Below are positions 12,928 through 23,999 of a stretch of 64,000 nucleotides of DNA, piece after piece. The position numbers and the translations under genes were made by a program. Origin of the DNA: an uncultured Thermoleophilia bacterium. Lineage in GTDB: Bacteria > Actinomycetota > Thermoleophilia > UBA2241. Location: NCBI GenBank assembly GCA_963702475.1, contig CAVPCT010000004.1, positions 128,001 to 192,000 on the forward strand. The letters are read 5' to 3'. How positions within the stretch are numbered: the stretch's first letter is position 1; each line of letters starts with the position of its first letter. The notes under the pieces were generated by a model. That model was given only the letters and a program-made list of their open reading frames with translations, made no database searches and was not told the DNA's origin.

Positions 12928-14326
12928 TCACAAGGACTTGCAGTACGTCTTGAGCTGCCGCTCCGTGATGGAATCAAGGCTCGGCTCGCACATAGGACGC
13001 CAGGAGCTCCTCGACCTTCTGTCGTGCCACCGTTGCGGAGTCCGTCCACCGGCGCGGGACCAGCCGTCGTGAAGCAGGCGATTGAGAAGGGCTGGTGCTG
13101 CAGACCCCTGCCGTGTCTGCGGGTATGCGATTGGCTGAGGAAGTTGCCGCCCAGGTCCCACCGCGTCAATCACCTCGAACGCCAGGTCGTCGTCGTCGAC
13201 TGGGATCGCCCGCAGCGCCGCGCGCAAGAGGCCGACAACAGCATCGTCGATCACCAGCTTCTCCCAAGACACGCCATTGCCTGAGCTGATCGCGCCGACT
13301 GCGTTCAAGACGAAGTCGACTCCTTTCTGCATCACGGCGGCGAGGCCGAGGGCGCTCTCGACCCCCGCCTGCATGTCGACAACGTGAGAGTCGGTGACCG
13401 CCCCCCCGGCCTTGCACGGCAGGCCCAGGAAGTGACCGAGATCCACGGTCGTCGCCATCAACGCCCAGAACTCGGGCACACCGAAGAGCAGGTCTCCCGT
13501 CCGCATGGAGGCAACGGAGGAGAAGCCGGAATACAGGCAGGGACACCCCTCGCCGGCAAGCTGCGCCAGAACCAGGCCGGCGAGCGTCTCGGCGTGTTGC
13601 AGCGCCAGAATGCCGGCGAGCGACGCCGGTCCCGTCGTGCCTCCCATGACGCACGGCGTCACCGTAAGGGGCTGATGGCGACGCGCAAGCTCGAGGATGG
13701 TCGTGCAGTGGCTCTCGTCAAGCTGGAGCGGTGACGTGCTGTTGAGGCACAACGAGAGTCTCTTGGCAACTCGTGCCAGTCACCCCCAAACAGGATCTCC
13801 GCCATCTGCAGGACCACGGGCAGCTGACGTTGCTCGGCGACGGGGTACTCCAGCGGCTTGTCGGTCATGCACATCGATCGACACAGGGTCTCCGCATAGC
13901 AGACCGGGTCGGTCCAGTCGACCGGCGCCAGCGAGTAGCCGACCAGGTCCACGTTGTCAAGGACGTGGCAGAGGCGCAGCGAGCGAACGAAATCGTCCAT
14001 GGTCGCCTGGCGTAGATGGCCCTTCTTCGGCGACGCACGACGCCCCTCCCGCATTGCTGATGATCGTGTCGCCACCTCCGAACACAAGGTCCCGGTCTCG
14101 GAGCCCTTGCCGCGACCGTGAAGGACCGCGGCACCGTCGACACCGCAGCCATCACCTGATCGGCGGTCATGTAGACACGTGACTCCGTCGACGCGGAATC
14201 CTCTTGCGGCAAAGAGACGGACAGCCTGATCGCCGCGGAAGACGAAACCGGTCTCCTCGAGGATGCGCAGGCCCGCCGCGTGCAGCCTCGAGAGCCGTTG
14301 CCGCTCCCATCATCAGTTCCCCTTCA
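12928..14326 (-). CDS. MttB-superfamily methyltransferase, non-Pyl (heavily frameshifted; start approximate)
   Basis: LHAAGLRILEETG, RQATMDDF, NSTSPLQLD, MGGTTGPASLAGIL, TDSHVVDMQAGVES, IDAVGPGGNFL. Confidence 0.75.
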
Positions 14327-14468
14327 CTGCTCCTGTGATCTCTGCGTCAGGCTGCCTTCACGCCACGAAGACGCGTCTCTCGCGCCTTTCATCGAGTCGC
14401 AGCGCAGCCAGCGATCCGGATGCTGCGCGCCGGGGCGACCTCCTCGATGCGCCTGGCTTCATGCGTCT

Positions 14469-16116
14469 CTACGCGATGTACGCCCGCGTCAGGTCGAGGA
14501 ACTCCGCCCCGTTCGCCTCGACGCCCATGACCTTCTTGTTCATGGCGCGGAGCGCCTCGATCCATAGGCGATGACGCAGGGTGTCTCGTCTGTCTGGAGG
14601 GTCGCCATCTGCGTACCGATGTCTCTCCGAGACGCTTCGTCCAGGGTCGCATCGTACTGCTCCGCCAGCCTGTCAAACTCGGAGTTCTTCCAGCCCGTGT
14701 TGTTCCACACCCCGGTGGATGTGAGCATGGGAAGGAAGAACTGGGACGGTATGGCCTTCGCGGCCCAGTCGGTGATGCCAAAGGGCACCGTCAGCCACGG
14801 AGCGCTCTCGTCCGAGCCGTAGTACATCGTCTGTGTCTGGAGCTGGATCTTCACGTTTATGCCCGCCGGCTCGCACTGGGCCTTGATGATCTGCGCGTAC
14901 TGCGGCACCTCGAGGTACTCCTCGGCGACGAGTGTGACGTCCAGCCCGTCGGCCATACCCGCGTCGGAGAGCAACTGCTTGGCCTTCTCGTAGTCTTGGG
15001 CACGTTGCTCGATGGACACGCCGATCGGGTAGAGCGAGCAGAAGACGTTGTCGTTGCCGATCAGGCCCTTGCCATCGAACAGGCTGTCGAGCAGCCCCTG
15101 CCGGTCGAGGCAGCAGGCGACCGCCTGGCGTACGTTCTTGTCGGTGAAGGGCGCCTTGTCGACGCGCATCTGCACCTCGCGCATCTGCGTGGAAGGCGTC
15201 GAGACGATCTTGACGTTGGGGTCGCCGAGCAAACCCTGCGACCCCTGGAACGGTGTCGAGAGCTGCATGTCCTGGCTGCCCGACTGCAACTGCAGGGTCT
15301 GGGCCTGTTCCTCAGCGTAGGAGACCGTGACTCCGTCGAGATAGGGCAGCCCCGACTGCCAGTAGGTGGGGTTCTTCGCGAACTGGGCGCTCTGCTTGGA
15401 CGTGTAGGCAGTCAGGGTGAACGGGCCCGTGCCCACCGGGCTCTTCTCGAAGTCGCCGGCGTAGTCCTTCGGCAGCATGACGCAGTCATAGTTGGACGAT
15501 GAGACGAGATAGGGGAAGTCGACGAAGGCGCGGTCCAACCCGAACTCGACGGTGCTGTCGTCGACTGCGCGGACCCCATCGGGCGAGAGGATGCCTTGGA
15601 AGTTGGTGAGTGCAGCTGAGCCGGCCGCCGGATCCGCAAGGCGCTTGATCGTGGCCACGACGTCATCGGCAGTGAACGGTTGCCCGTTGCTGAAGGCGAC
15701 GTTCTGGCGCAGCTTGAAGGTCCACGTTTGCGCCGTCGCGTCCGGAGTCCAGCTCTCGGCCAGGACGGGCGAAGAGTAAGGTCGTTCTCAGCCCAGGTCA
15801 GGTATTCGCACACGAGCTGGATCGTGGCGATGGCGCCGGCGTCGTACATGGTGACGGGGTCGAGGGCACCCGTGGGCGGCATCATCGTGACGCGGAGAGT
15901 ACCCCCGGCTTTCGGTGCAGCGCTGGTCGTTGCCGAGGGCGACGCGGTGGAGCTCGGCATGTCGTCGCCGCACGCGGAAAGCAGCGAGCCGAGCGTCGTC
16001 AACGACAATCCAAGAACACTCCCTCGAACCAACATCTGGCGCCGCGTCATGCGTCCTCGGGCGACCTCATCCAGCAGGTGCTGGCTGAGCTCTCTCTGCA
16101 ACTGGTTCTCATGCAT
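14469..16116 (-). CDS. Family-5 (Dpp/Opp-type) ABC substrate-binding protein, Tat/lipoprotein signal (frameshifts ~15770 and ~14565)
   Basis: TRRQML..LSAC signal, LDPV, VGTGPFTL, KNPTYW, PFTDKNVRQA. Confidence 0.85.
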
Positions 16117-16519
16117 CGTGCAGTCCCCCTTGCGGCGAATGCGGGCGCTGGTCTGGATCCGGACCGCGCTCCCCAGAATGCTGGCAGTATGTGCTGCGGG
16201 AATCACTGAGCAACGGTGCCGCCCGGTTTTCCGCCATTCGGGACGAAACGCGCGCGCAGACTGCGATGCCTGCTCCCACGGCTTCTCACGCAGCCAGGGA
16301 GCGTCGTCCTGCGAGCGCGGTACCACGAGGCCACATATCGCCGGCAATGCTCGCGGCCACGGCCGGCAGCGCGGCCCAGTGGAGCAGAGGTAGGTCCCAG
16401 GTCGCGGGAGGGGATCGCGCGGCCGGGACCAGTGCGACGGAAAAGCGTCCGGCCCGCGAGCGCCGGTGCGGAGCTCGCGGGCCTGGCGGGACTGCCGGCG
16501 GGGCGAGGGCCGGAAGAGT

Positions 16520-16562
16520 GCGGCCGGCGGGGCTACCCGAAGTGGGCTGCCCCGCCGGCCGC
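16520..16562 (-). terminator. Probable intrinsic terminator downstream of the corrinoid protein gene
   Basis: Perfect 14-bp stem GCGGCCGGCGGGGC/GCCCCGCCGGCCGC, followed on the minus strand by ACTCTTCC. Confidence 0.6.
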
Positions 16563-16620
16563 GGACGGACGCAAGCGGTGCGTCCGGTGCGCGTCCGGGA
16601 TGTCAGGCGCGATCGCGCTG

Positions 16621-17244
16621 TCAGGCGACGATCGCCTTGCAGAGGCTCACGGCGCCGGGCGCGTCCGACGCGTAGCCGTCGGCCTGGATCTCGTCGGCGT
16701 AGGGCTGCGTGAGCGGCGCCCCGCCGACGATGGCCTTGGCGCGCACGCCGGCCTCGTGCATGGCCTCCACCGTCTTGCGCATCTGCGGCATGGTCGTCAC
16801 GAGCAGGGCCGACATGCCGACCACCGCCGCGTCGTGCTCCTTGGCGGCGGCCACGAACTCCTCGGGCGCCACATCGGTGCCCAGGTCGATCACATTGAAC
16901 CCGGCGCCCTCGAGCATGAGCACCACGAGGTTCTTGCCGATGTCGTGCAGGTCGCCCTTGACGGCGCCCATCACGACGGTGCCCTTGCCGCCGCTCACGC
17001 CCTCCACGAGGAGCGGCTTGAGCAGGGCCAGGCCCTCCTGCATGGCCTCGGCCGAGATGAGCATCTCGGGGATGAAGAGGTCGCCCTTGGCGAACAGGTC
17101 GCCGATGGTGTCCATCGCCGGGATGAGGCCGTTGTCGAGGATGTCGCCGGCCTCGTTGCCCTCGTCCAGGTACTTCTGCGTGAGCTGCGGGGCGGCGTCC
17201 ACGTCGCCCTCGATCACTGCCTGCTTCAAGTCTTCAAACGCCAT
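16621..17244 (-). CDS. Methyltransferase cognate corrinoid protein (MttC/MtgC-like)
   Basis: Cap domain (GLIPAMD..F..FIPEML) plus B12-binding motif GDLHDIGKNLV..GMSALLVTT..IVGGAP. Confidence 0.93.
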   Translation of the reverse strand: MAFEDLKQAVIEGDVDAAPQLTQKYLDEGNEAGDILDNGLIPAMDTIGDLFAKGDLFIPEMLISAEAMQEGLALLKPLLVEGVSGGKGTVVMGAVKGDLHDIGKNLVVLMLEGAGFNVIDLGTDVAPEEFVAAAKEHDAAVVGMSALLVTTMPQMRKTVEAMHEAGVRAKAIVGGAPLTQPYADEIQADGYASDAPGAVSLCKAIVA

Positions 17245-17379
17245 CGTTCCTCCAGAGAGTCTCAGTGAGAGGCCGGTCGGCGGATCTCACGGTGCGAGGC
17301 CGGCGGGCGGGCCGCCGCGCTGGGGCGCCCGGAGGGCGTCCGGTCGCGGCGGCGGCCCGCCGGCTGAGCCGTCCGGCTG

Positions 17380-18822
17380 TCAGCCGGCGAGCGCCTTGTC
17401 GGCGGCCTTCACGACGTTGTCCATGTCGCGCTTCACGTCGTCCGGCAGGTCGAGGGGCTGCAGGTCCTTCTTCAGCTCCTTGTACAGCTCGACGGCGCGG
17501 GTGTGCAGGTCCTTGCGGCCCGCGGCGATCCAGTTGTCGAGCACATCGGGCACGAGAAGGTCGGGACGGATCATCTCGCGGCAGTGACGGAGCGTGTGCC
17601 TGCGGCGCAGGTAGTGGCCGCCGGCGCCGGCGTCGATGATCTCCTCGACGGCGAGGTTCTCGTCGTCGACCTGCACGCCGGCCACGGTGCGCTGGATGAC
17701 GGCCAGGATACGGTCGTCGATGACCAGCTCGACCGGGCTGGCGAGCGTCGAGCCGCCCAGGCGGCCGGCGCCGTACAGGATGTCCGCGCCGGCCATGGAG
17801 AGCACCGCCGGCTGCAGGGTCTTCTCGGAGGCCGTCTGGCCGTCCGGCACGTAGGAGTCGGCCATCATGGAGAAGGTCTCGACCGGCACGTTCCACGCCG
17901 CCTTGCAGAACTGGGCGCAGGCGGCGCGCGTGAGGATCGTCTCGCTGCTGGCGAGCAGGGCGTTGCCGGTGCCGAGGTCCATGGTCGTGTTGAACACGGT
18001 GGCGACGAACGGCAGGCCGGGCTTGAACAGCTGGCTCATGGTGAGGAAGGCGAGCAGCTCGACGGCCTCGAGCAGCACGGTGCCGGCGATGGTGCCGGGC
18101 GCGGTGGCGCCCAGAACGGGCAGCGAGTTGGCGGCCACGGGGATGTCGTACTCGGCAGCCCCGGCCAGCTGCGCCATGTCCATGTCCTTGAACACCAGCG
18201 GACTCAGGGACGTGGGGTTGATGAGCAGCAGCGGGCGCTTGCGCAGCTCGTCGGCGCCGCCGGCCCGCGCCAGCATGAGGTCGAAGAGGTACGGCACGCT
18301 CTCGTAGCAGTAGGCGAGGAGCATGAGCGGCTTGGACGTGTTCTGCAGCTGCACGTTGAGGCCGTGCACATCCGCCGTCTCCATGGGGGCGTCCATGGGG
18401 GTCTGGATGGCGCACACGTCGATGTTGGGGAGGATCTCGACGAGCTGGCACCACTCGGCGAAGCGCTGGTGCGTGTTGTCAACGTAATCGCCGGAGTCAG
18501 GGTCGAGATAGCGCATGGTCTGGACGCAGGTGGTGGAGTAGAAGCGACCCGTGGGGTCAGGCACGGTGAAGTCGTGCTTCTCGTCGCCGCCTTTGACGGT
18601 GACGCTGTGCGGCACGGTCTCGAGAGCCCCGGCGATCACATCGGCCGGGAACTTGACCATGCGCGTCTCGTGATCCACCTGTGCACCGGCGGTCTCGAGG
18701 CGCTTGAGCGACTCCTCGTGGTCGACCTTGACCCCGTAGGTGGACAGGATGTGGACAGCCTTGTCGTGGATCGAGGCGACGTCCGCCTCCTCCAGCAGCT
18801 GCACCCGCAAGGTCTTGGCCAT
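17380..18822 (-). CDS. MttB-superfamily methyltransferase, non-Pyl
   Basis: IHDKAVHIL, NPTSLSPLVF, GATAPGTIAGT, DSYVPDGQTASEK, GAGGHYL. Directly upstream of the corrinoid gene. Confidence 0.9.
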   Translation of the reverse strand: MAKTLRVQLLEEADVASIHDKAVHILSTYGVKVDHEESLKRLETAGAQVDHETRMVKFPADVIAGALETVPHSVTVKGGDEKHDFTVPDPTGRFYSTTCVQTMRYLDPDSGDYVDNTHQRFAEWCQLVEILPNIDVCAIQTPMDAPMETADVHGLNVQLQNTSKPLMLLAYCYESVPYLFDLMLARAGGADELRKRPLLLINPTSLSPLVFKDMDMAQLAGAAEYDIPVAANSLPVLGATAPGTIAGTVLLEAVELLAFLTMSQLFKPGLPFVATVFNTTMDLGTGNALLASSETILTRAACAQFCKAAWNVPVETFSMMADSYVPDGQTASEKTLQPAVLSMAGADILYGAGRLGGSTLASPVELVIDDRILAVIQRTVAGVQVDDENLAVEEIIDAGAGGHYLRRRHTLRHCREMIRPDLLVPDVLDNWIAAGRKDLHTRAVELYKELKKDLQPLDLPDDVKRDMDNVVKAADKALAG

Positions 18823-19155
18823 GGCTTCTCCCTCTCGCTTGGTGTCATCGTGCGGTCGCGGGGGCGCCGGTCTGACCGGCGCGGCACGGCCGCGACGCGC
18901 ATTGACGGTGGGTCCGGCGGAGGGACGGGACGTGCGGTGTGGCCCTCCTCCGTTCCCGAATCAGGTCCAGGACGTGCCCTTGTCCCGATTCTGGAACGCG
19001 CCTACCGTAGCGATACAGCTTCGGCGAGCACAAGCGCGACGCGCCGTCCGTCCGGGATGTCGGACGGTAATGGGGGCGACGTCCAGCACGCGGGGGGGCC
19101 GGGGCGACCGCGTCCGGCAGGAGCGCCGGCGGGTGCGACGGCCGCGGTCGGGCGG

Positions 19156-20046
19156 CTACAGCTTCGGGTGCAGCGCGGCCTCGTACGCCGCCGTCAGCTC
19201 CGCCGCGGCGGCGCACACGAGTGCGGCCACCGCGTCCACGCCTCGCTCCTCGAGCCGCCACGTGGGCCCGATGACGTTGACGCCGGCGTTGGGGACCATG
19301 CCGCCGATAGCGGCGGAGACGGCGGTCACGCCCGGCTCGACGGCGTCCTTGACCACGTGAGCGTTGCAGCCGCCGGTCTCCTGGAAGGCCGCCCCGACCG
19401 AGGTACCCTCCAGCGGCACGCGCCTGCCCACCCAGCCGCGGCAACGCAGATCGAAGTGACTCTCCACCTGGTCGAGGTAGAGCGCCTGCCCGGCGTCTTC
19501 GACGATGAGGCTCGCGGTCTCGCCGGTCTCGTCGCGCAGACGGACGAGGATGGGCCGAGCGGTGAGCTGCAGGCGCTCGGCCCAGCCCACCCGCGACGCC
19601 ATGCTGACGAAGCGCAGACCCAATCCGTAGGTGCCGTCGTAGCCGGCCATCACGAGACCGTGGTCGGCCAGTGCGACGAGCAGGCGGCCGACCAGGTCGG
19701 GAGGCAGCGCGGTCGCGGCGGCCAGGTCCTGCGGACTCATGCGGCCGCCGCCTCGCTCAAGCGTCTCGAGCACCAGCATGCCGTGCACGAACAGCAGGCT
19801 GTCGGAGCGCAGGTCGAGCAGGCGCCGGCCCGGTGCCCAGCCGGCTTCATCGGGCAGGTCCGCCAGGTAGCCTCGCGCCTCCAGCACACGCAGCAGCTTG
19901 TAGAGACTGGTGCGCGGGATCCCGCAGCCCTCGCCGATCTGAGCGGCCGTCACCGGGCACCCCTGCTGGCCGACGTATTCGAGGACGTCGAGCGTACGCG
20001 CGGAGGCTCTCAGGGGCTGGGCGTCGTCGGTCGCGCCGTTGGTCAT
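19156..20046 (-). CDS. IclR-family regulator with tandem HTH domains
   Basis: ASARTLDVLE..CGIPRTSLYKLL; second HTH (SPQDLAAATALPPDLVGRLL); DETGETASL..YLDQVES..VGRRVPL. Confidence 0.85.
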   Translation of the reverse strand: MTNGATDDAQPLRASARTLDVLEYVGQQGCPVTAAQIGEGCGIPRTSLYKLLRVLEARGYLADLPDEAGWAPGRRLLDLRSDSLLFVHGMLVLETLERGGGRMSPQDLAAATALPPDLVGRLLVALADHGLVMAGYDGTYGLGLRFVSMASRVGWAERLQLTARPILVRLRDETGETASLIVEDAGQALYLDQVESHFDLRCRGWVGRRVPLEGTSVGAAFQETGGCNAHVVKDAVEPGVTAVSAAIGGMVPNAGVNVIGPTWRLEERGVDAVAALVCAAAAELTAAYEAALHPKL

Positions 20047-20245
20047 GGAGAGCCTCGTCGTCGGCATGGCCGGACCGGGGCCGGCGGCATCATCAGGGCC
20101 GCATGAAACCAGCGCCGCCGGGACGGCGCAAGGCCGCGAGTCGTTCCGTCCTGCATGCTGGACGCGTCTGTCGCACCCACAGCTTCGGCCGTCGGCGTGA
20201 CGTCTGGTATTCTGGACACCGGCAGTCTCGCAACGCGTCTGTGAG

Positions 20246-21133
20246 GTGATGCGCGTGTCACAGTCTCGCCCGCCCGGTCCGGACGTCCCCGAGTCGTCGG
20301 CGACCCGCGCGCTGGACGTGCTCGAGTTCCTTGCGCGCCGCACCTCTCCGGCGCCGGCGGCCATCATCGCCTCGCAGTGCGCCATCCCCCGCTCGAGCCT
20401 GTACGCGCTGCTGCGGGTGCTCCGCGCCCGGCGCTTCGTCGTGTACCACGAGGACCAGAAGACCTGGAGCCTGGGTCCGGCGGCACACGAGCTCAGCGCC
20501 GCTGCGCCGCTGTTCGCCCACGGCCTGGCCGTTCTGCACGCCTTCGCCACCTCGTCGCGGCGGCTGACGCCGCGCGAGATCGCCTCGGCCAGCGGCGTGC
20601 CCAAGGCCGTCGTCGACCGCATCGTCCCGCTGCTGCAGGACAGCGATATGCTGCACGCCGAGCCGGACGGGTCGTTCTCGCTCGGCCTCGAGCTTGTCAG
20701 CCTGGCCTCTCGCGTCGCCTCTGTGGACTCGTTGCGCATCCTCGCGCGCGGTCCGCTGATGCAGCTGCGCGACGCCACGCAGGAGACGGCCAGCCTGATC
20801 GTCAAGGACGGCGACCACGGCCTCTACGTGGACCAGATCGAAAGCCGCTACGTGCTGCGCATCAGCAGCTGGGTGGGTCGCCGTGTACCGCTCGAGGGCA
20901 CAGCGACCGGCGCGGCGTTCGCCGATCCGCACCGCGCCCATCTCGTGCGCGAGGCCGTCGAGCCGGGCGTCACTGCGCTCGCCAAGGCTTTGGACATCAA
21001 GGAGCCGCGGGCCGCCATCAGCGTGCTCGCGCCCTCGTGGCGCCTGCGCGAGTTCGGCGAGGGCCGCGCGACGGAGATCATCGAGGCCGTCGCGCGCCGC
21101 ATCTCGGCGAGCGTGCCGCGGCAGAGGTCGTGA
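20246..21133 (+). CDS. IclR-family regulator with tandem HTH domains
   Basis: SATRALDVLE..CAIPRSSLYALL; second HTH (TPREIASASGVPKAVVDRIV); DATQETASL..YVDQIES. Intact ORF, divergent from its paralog. Confidence 0.88.
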   Translation: MMRVSQSRPPGPDVPESSATRALDVLEFLARRTSPAPAAIIASQCAIPRSSLYALLRVLRARRFVVYHEDQKTWSLGPAAHELSAAAPLFAHGLAVLHAFATSSRRLTPREIASASGVPKAVVDRIVPLLQDSDMLHAEPDGSFSLGLELVSLASRVASVDSLRILARGPLMQLRDATQETASLIVKDGDHGLYVDQIESRYVLRISSWVGRRVPLEGTATGAAFADPHRAHLVREAVEPGVTALAKALDIKEPRAAISVLAPSWRLREFGEGRATEIIEAVARRISASVPRQRS

Positions 21134-21207
21134 GGAGCCGGGACGGGTCCGCGCGCGGCCGCCGGCTCCCGCGTCCGCGTAGGCCCTCGCCCGCGCCGGC
21201 GCCCGGC

Positions 21208-23061
21208 TCAGCCCTTTGAGAGTACCGGCAGCGCCGGCGTGTCGCTCAGCAGCTGCTTCGTGTACTCGTGCTGGGGGTCGTCCAGTACCGCGTCCACCAA
21301 TCCGAACTCGACGATCTCGCCCTCGTTCATCACCGCGACCTCGTGCGCCACGCTGCGGATGAGCGCCAGGTTGTGGGTGACGAACAGCATGCTCACGCCC
21401 AACTCGGCCTGCAGCTGCATGAGCAGCTCGATGATGGCCGCCTGCACGGAGACGTCGAGCCACGAGGTGACCTCGTCGCAGATGAGCACGCTGGGTTCGG
21501 CGGTGAGAGCCCGCGCGATGGCGATGCGCTGGCGCTCGCCGCCCGAGAGCTGCTCCGGATAGCGGTTGAGCAGTGAGGCGTCGAGCGCCACCTGGTCGAG
21601 CACCTTGACCATGCGCGCCTCGCGCTCCTCGCGGGTCGTCTTGAAGAAGATCTCGATGGGCATCGAGAGGATCTGGCGGATGGTCTTGCGCGGGTTCAGC
21701 GAGCTGTACGGGCTCTGGAAGATGTACTGGATGTCGCGGCGCTCCTCGCGCGAGCGGCCGTAGGACTCTCGCGCGAGCGCCTTGCCGCGCAGCTTGATGT
21801 CGCCCGTGACCTTGAACGGGTGCAGGCCGGAGACGCAGCGCGCCAGCGTGGTCTTGCCGCTGCCGGACTCGCCCACGAGAGCGAGGCAGCGGTGGTCGCA
21901 CAGCTCGATGCTGACGCTGTGCAGCACCTCCTTGTTCTGGTACCAGGCGACGACGTCCTTGCAGCTGATGACGATCTTCTCGTCGGTGCGGCAGAGCTCG
22001 TCGGCCTTCACGCGGAGCGGGGCCGAACTGGTCGCCGGCATGGCTTTGACCTCTTCCCAGCGCCAGCAGCGTACCTGGTGGTCGGGATGCGGCCCTTCGT
22101 ACGGCGGGAAGTCGGTGGCGCACCTGTCGATGCGCAGGGCGCAGCGCGGGGTGAAGGCGCAGCCGGCGACGCGCTGGCCGGGCCGCGGCGCCCAGCCGGG
22201 GATGCCGTGCAGGGCCCGCTCGCCGGAGAGGTCGGGGATCGCGTCGAGCAGTCGGCGCGTGTAGGGATGGTACGCGCCGGCGAAGAGCTCGTCCTTGGGG
22301 CCGATCTCCACGAGGCGTCCGGCGTACATCACGGCGATGCGGTCGGCCAGGTTGGCGACCACGGCGAGGTCATGAGTGACGTACAGCGCCGAGACACCGT
22401 AGGAGCGTGTGAGGTCACGGACCGTCTCGAGCACGTGCGCCTGCGTGGTGACGTCCAGCGCCGTGGTGGGCTCGTCCAGCACGATGACGCGCGGCCGGTT
22501 CGCCATGGCCATGGCGATGACCACGCGCTGCTGCTGGCCGCCGGAGAGCTGGTGCGGGTAGCGGCGCAGGAAGGCCCTGTCGCTCGGCAACAGCACCTCG
22601 GCCATCATCTCCTTGAGGCGCGCCTCGCGGTCCGCCTGGGAGCTGCCGAAGTCGTGCGCGTTGAGGATCTCCATGAGCTGGTCGCCGATGCGCAGCGCCG
22701 GGTTCAGCGCCGCCGAGGCGTCCTGGGGCACGTAGGAGATCAGGCCGCCCCTGATGCGGCGCAGGTCGCCCCCGGTCGACGCCAGCACGTCGGTGCCGGC
22801 GATGTCGATGACGCCCTCGGAGACCTTGGCGCCGCGGCGCTGATAGGCGAGCAGGGAGGTGGCAGCCGTCGTCTTGCCCGAGGCCGACTCGCCCACCAGA
22901 CCGAGCACCTCGCCCTGGTGGATGGCGAACGAGACGTCGTCGTCGATGTCGATGCCGGACGGGTCGAGGACGATGCGCAAGTCGCGGACGGTGAGGACGA
23001 TGTCGCAGAGCGGTGCCCCTTCGGCGCCCCCCTCGATAGCTTGACTGCGGCGGCTATTCAC
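21208..23061 (-). CDS. Fused DppD/DppF-type ABC ATPase
   Basis: Two Walker A motifs (GESASGKT, GESGSGKT), LSGGQQQR and LSGGERQR signatures, and a Cys-rich oligopeptide-ATPase linker. GTG start overlaps the permease stop. Confidence 0.92.
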   Translation of the reverse strand: MNSRRSQAIEGGAEGAPLCDIVLTVRDLRIVLDPSGIDIDDDVSFAIHQGEVLGLVGESASGKTTAATSLLAYQRRGAKVSEGVIDIAGTDVLASTGGDLRRIRGGLISYVPQDASAALNPALRIGDQLMEILNAHDFGSSQADREARLKEMMAEVLLPSDRAFLRRYPHQLSGGQQQRVVIAMAMANRPRVIVLDEPTTALDVTTQAHVLETVRDLTRSYGVSALYVTHDLAVVANLADRIAVMYAGRLVEIGPKDELFAGAYHPYTRRLLDAIPDLSGERALHGIPGWAPRPGQRVAGCAFTPRCALRIDRCATDFPPYEGPHPDHQVRCWRWEEVKAMPATSSAPLRVKADELCRTDEKIVISCKDVVAWYQNKEVLHSVSIELCDHRCLALVGESGSGKTTLARCVSGLHPFKVTGDIKLRGKALARESYGRSREERRDIQYIFQSPYSSLNPRKTIRQILSMPIEIFFKTTREEREARMVKVLDQVALDASLLNRYPEQLSGGERQRIAIARALTAEPSVLICDEVTSWLDVSVQAAIIELLMQLQAELGVSMLFVTHNLALIRSVAHEVAVMNEGEIVEFGLVDAVLDDPQHEYTKQLLSDTPALPVLSKG

Positions 23062-23999
23062 GTGGACCCCGTGTTGCGGTCGATGCCCATCATGGCGCGG
23101 GCCAGGCCGTCGGCCATGAGGTTGGTGCTGATGGTCAGCGCGGCGATGAGGATGACCGGCGCGATGACGGCCCACGGCTGGATGGTGATGGCGATGCGGT
23201 TCTCGTTGATCATGAGACCCCAGTCGGCCGACGGCGGCTGCATGCCGAAGCCCAGGAACGAGAGCGCCGCGATCATGATGATGGAGTACGTAAGTCGCAG
23301 GCCGAACTCCACGAGGAGCGGGCTGCTGATGTTGGGCAGAACCTCGCGGAACAGGATGCGGCGCCGCGGCACGCCCACGGCCGTGGCGGCGCGCACGAAG
23401 TCACGTTGCGCGAGATCGACGGTGGCGGCGCGCGTGACGCGCGCGATGCGCGGCATGTGCGAGATGCCGACCATGAGCACGATGAGCCACAGCTTGGGCC
23501 CGACGATGGACACGAACAGCATGGCGAGGACCACCGACGGGAAGGCGAGCACCACGTCGAGCATGCGCATGATGCTCTCGTCCACCCAGCGCCGCGCGTA
23601 CCCCGAGATGAGGCCGAGACTGACGCCGAACACCATGCCGAGCACGGTCGCGGCGATGCCCAGCACGAACACGCTGAGGCCGCCGTACAGCACGCGGGTG
23701 TAGACGTCGCGACCGAGGAAGTCGGTGCCGAGCCAGTACTCGGCGGACGGCAGCGAGAACGGGGGGCCGATGAACTCCGTGGGCGAGTACGGCGCCCAGA
23801 AGCGCCCGAACACGGCGATCACCAGCAGGACCAGGAAGAGGACGAAGCCGACCTTGGTGCGGCGCAGGCTCCAGGCGTCGAGCACCGTCTGCACCCACTC
23901 GGCGCGCTGCTTACCGATGGGCAGCGCCTCCAGGGGCTCGATCTCGAGCGTCTCGAGCGGCTGGAGCGGATCGAGGCCGGCGTCGCTGGTCTGGCTCAT
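23058..23999 (-). CDS. DppC-type ABC permease
   Basis: LGTDFLGRD, LSFLGFG..DWG, hydrophobic helices. Confidence 0.92.
   Translation of the reverse strand: MSQTSDAGLDPLQPLETLEIEPLEALPIGKQRAEWVQTVLDAWSLRRTKVGFVLFLVLLVIAVFGRFWAPYSPTEFIGPPFSLPSAEYWLGTDFLGRDVYTRVLYGGLSVFVLGIAATVLGMVFGVSLGLISGYARRWVDESIMRMLDVVLAFPSVVLAMLFVSIVGPKLWLIVLMVGISHMPRIARVTRAATVDLAQRDFVRAATAVGVPRRRILFREVLPNISSPLLVEFGLRLTYSIIMIAALSFLGFGMQPPSADWGLMINENRIAITIQPWAVIAPVILIAALTISTNLMADGLARAMMGIDRNTGST

Noticed and set aside
16117-16620. Cobalamin or other riboswitch in long intergenic regions (also 26720-27187)
   Set aside because: Only GC-rich hairpins were seen and no B12-box or other conserved core was recognisable by eye; an Infernal/Rfam scan would be needed.
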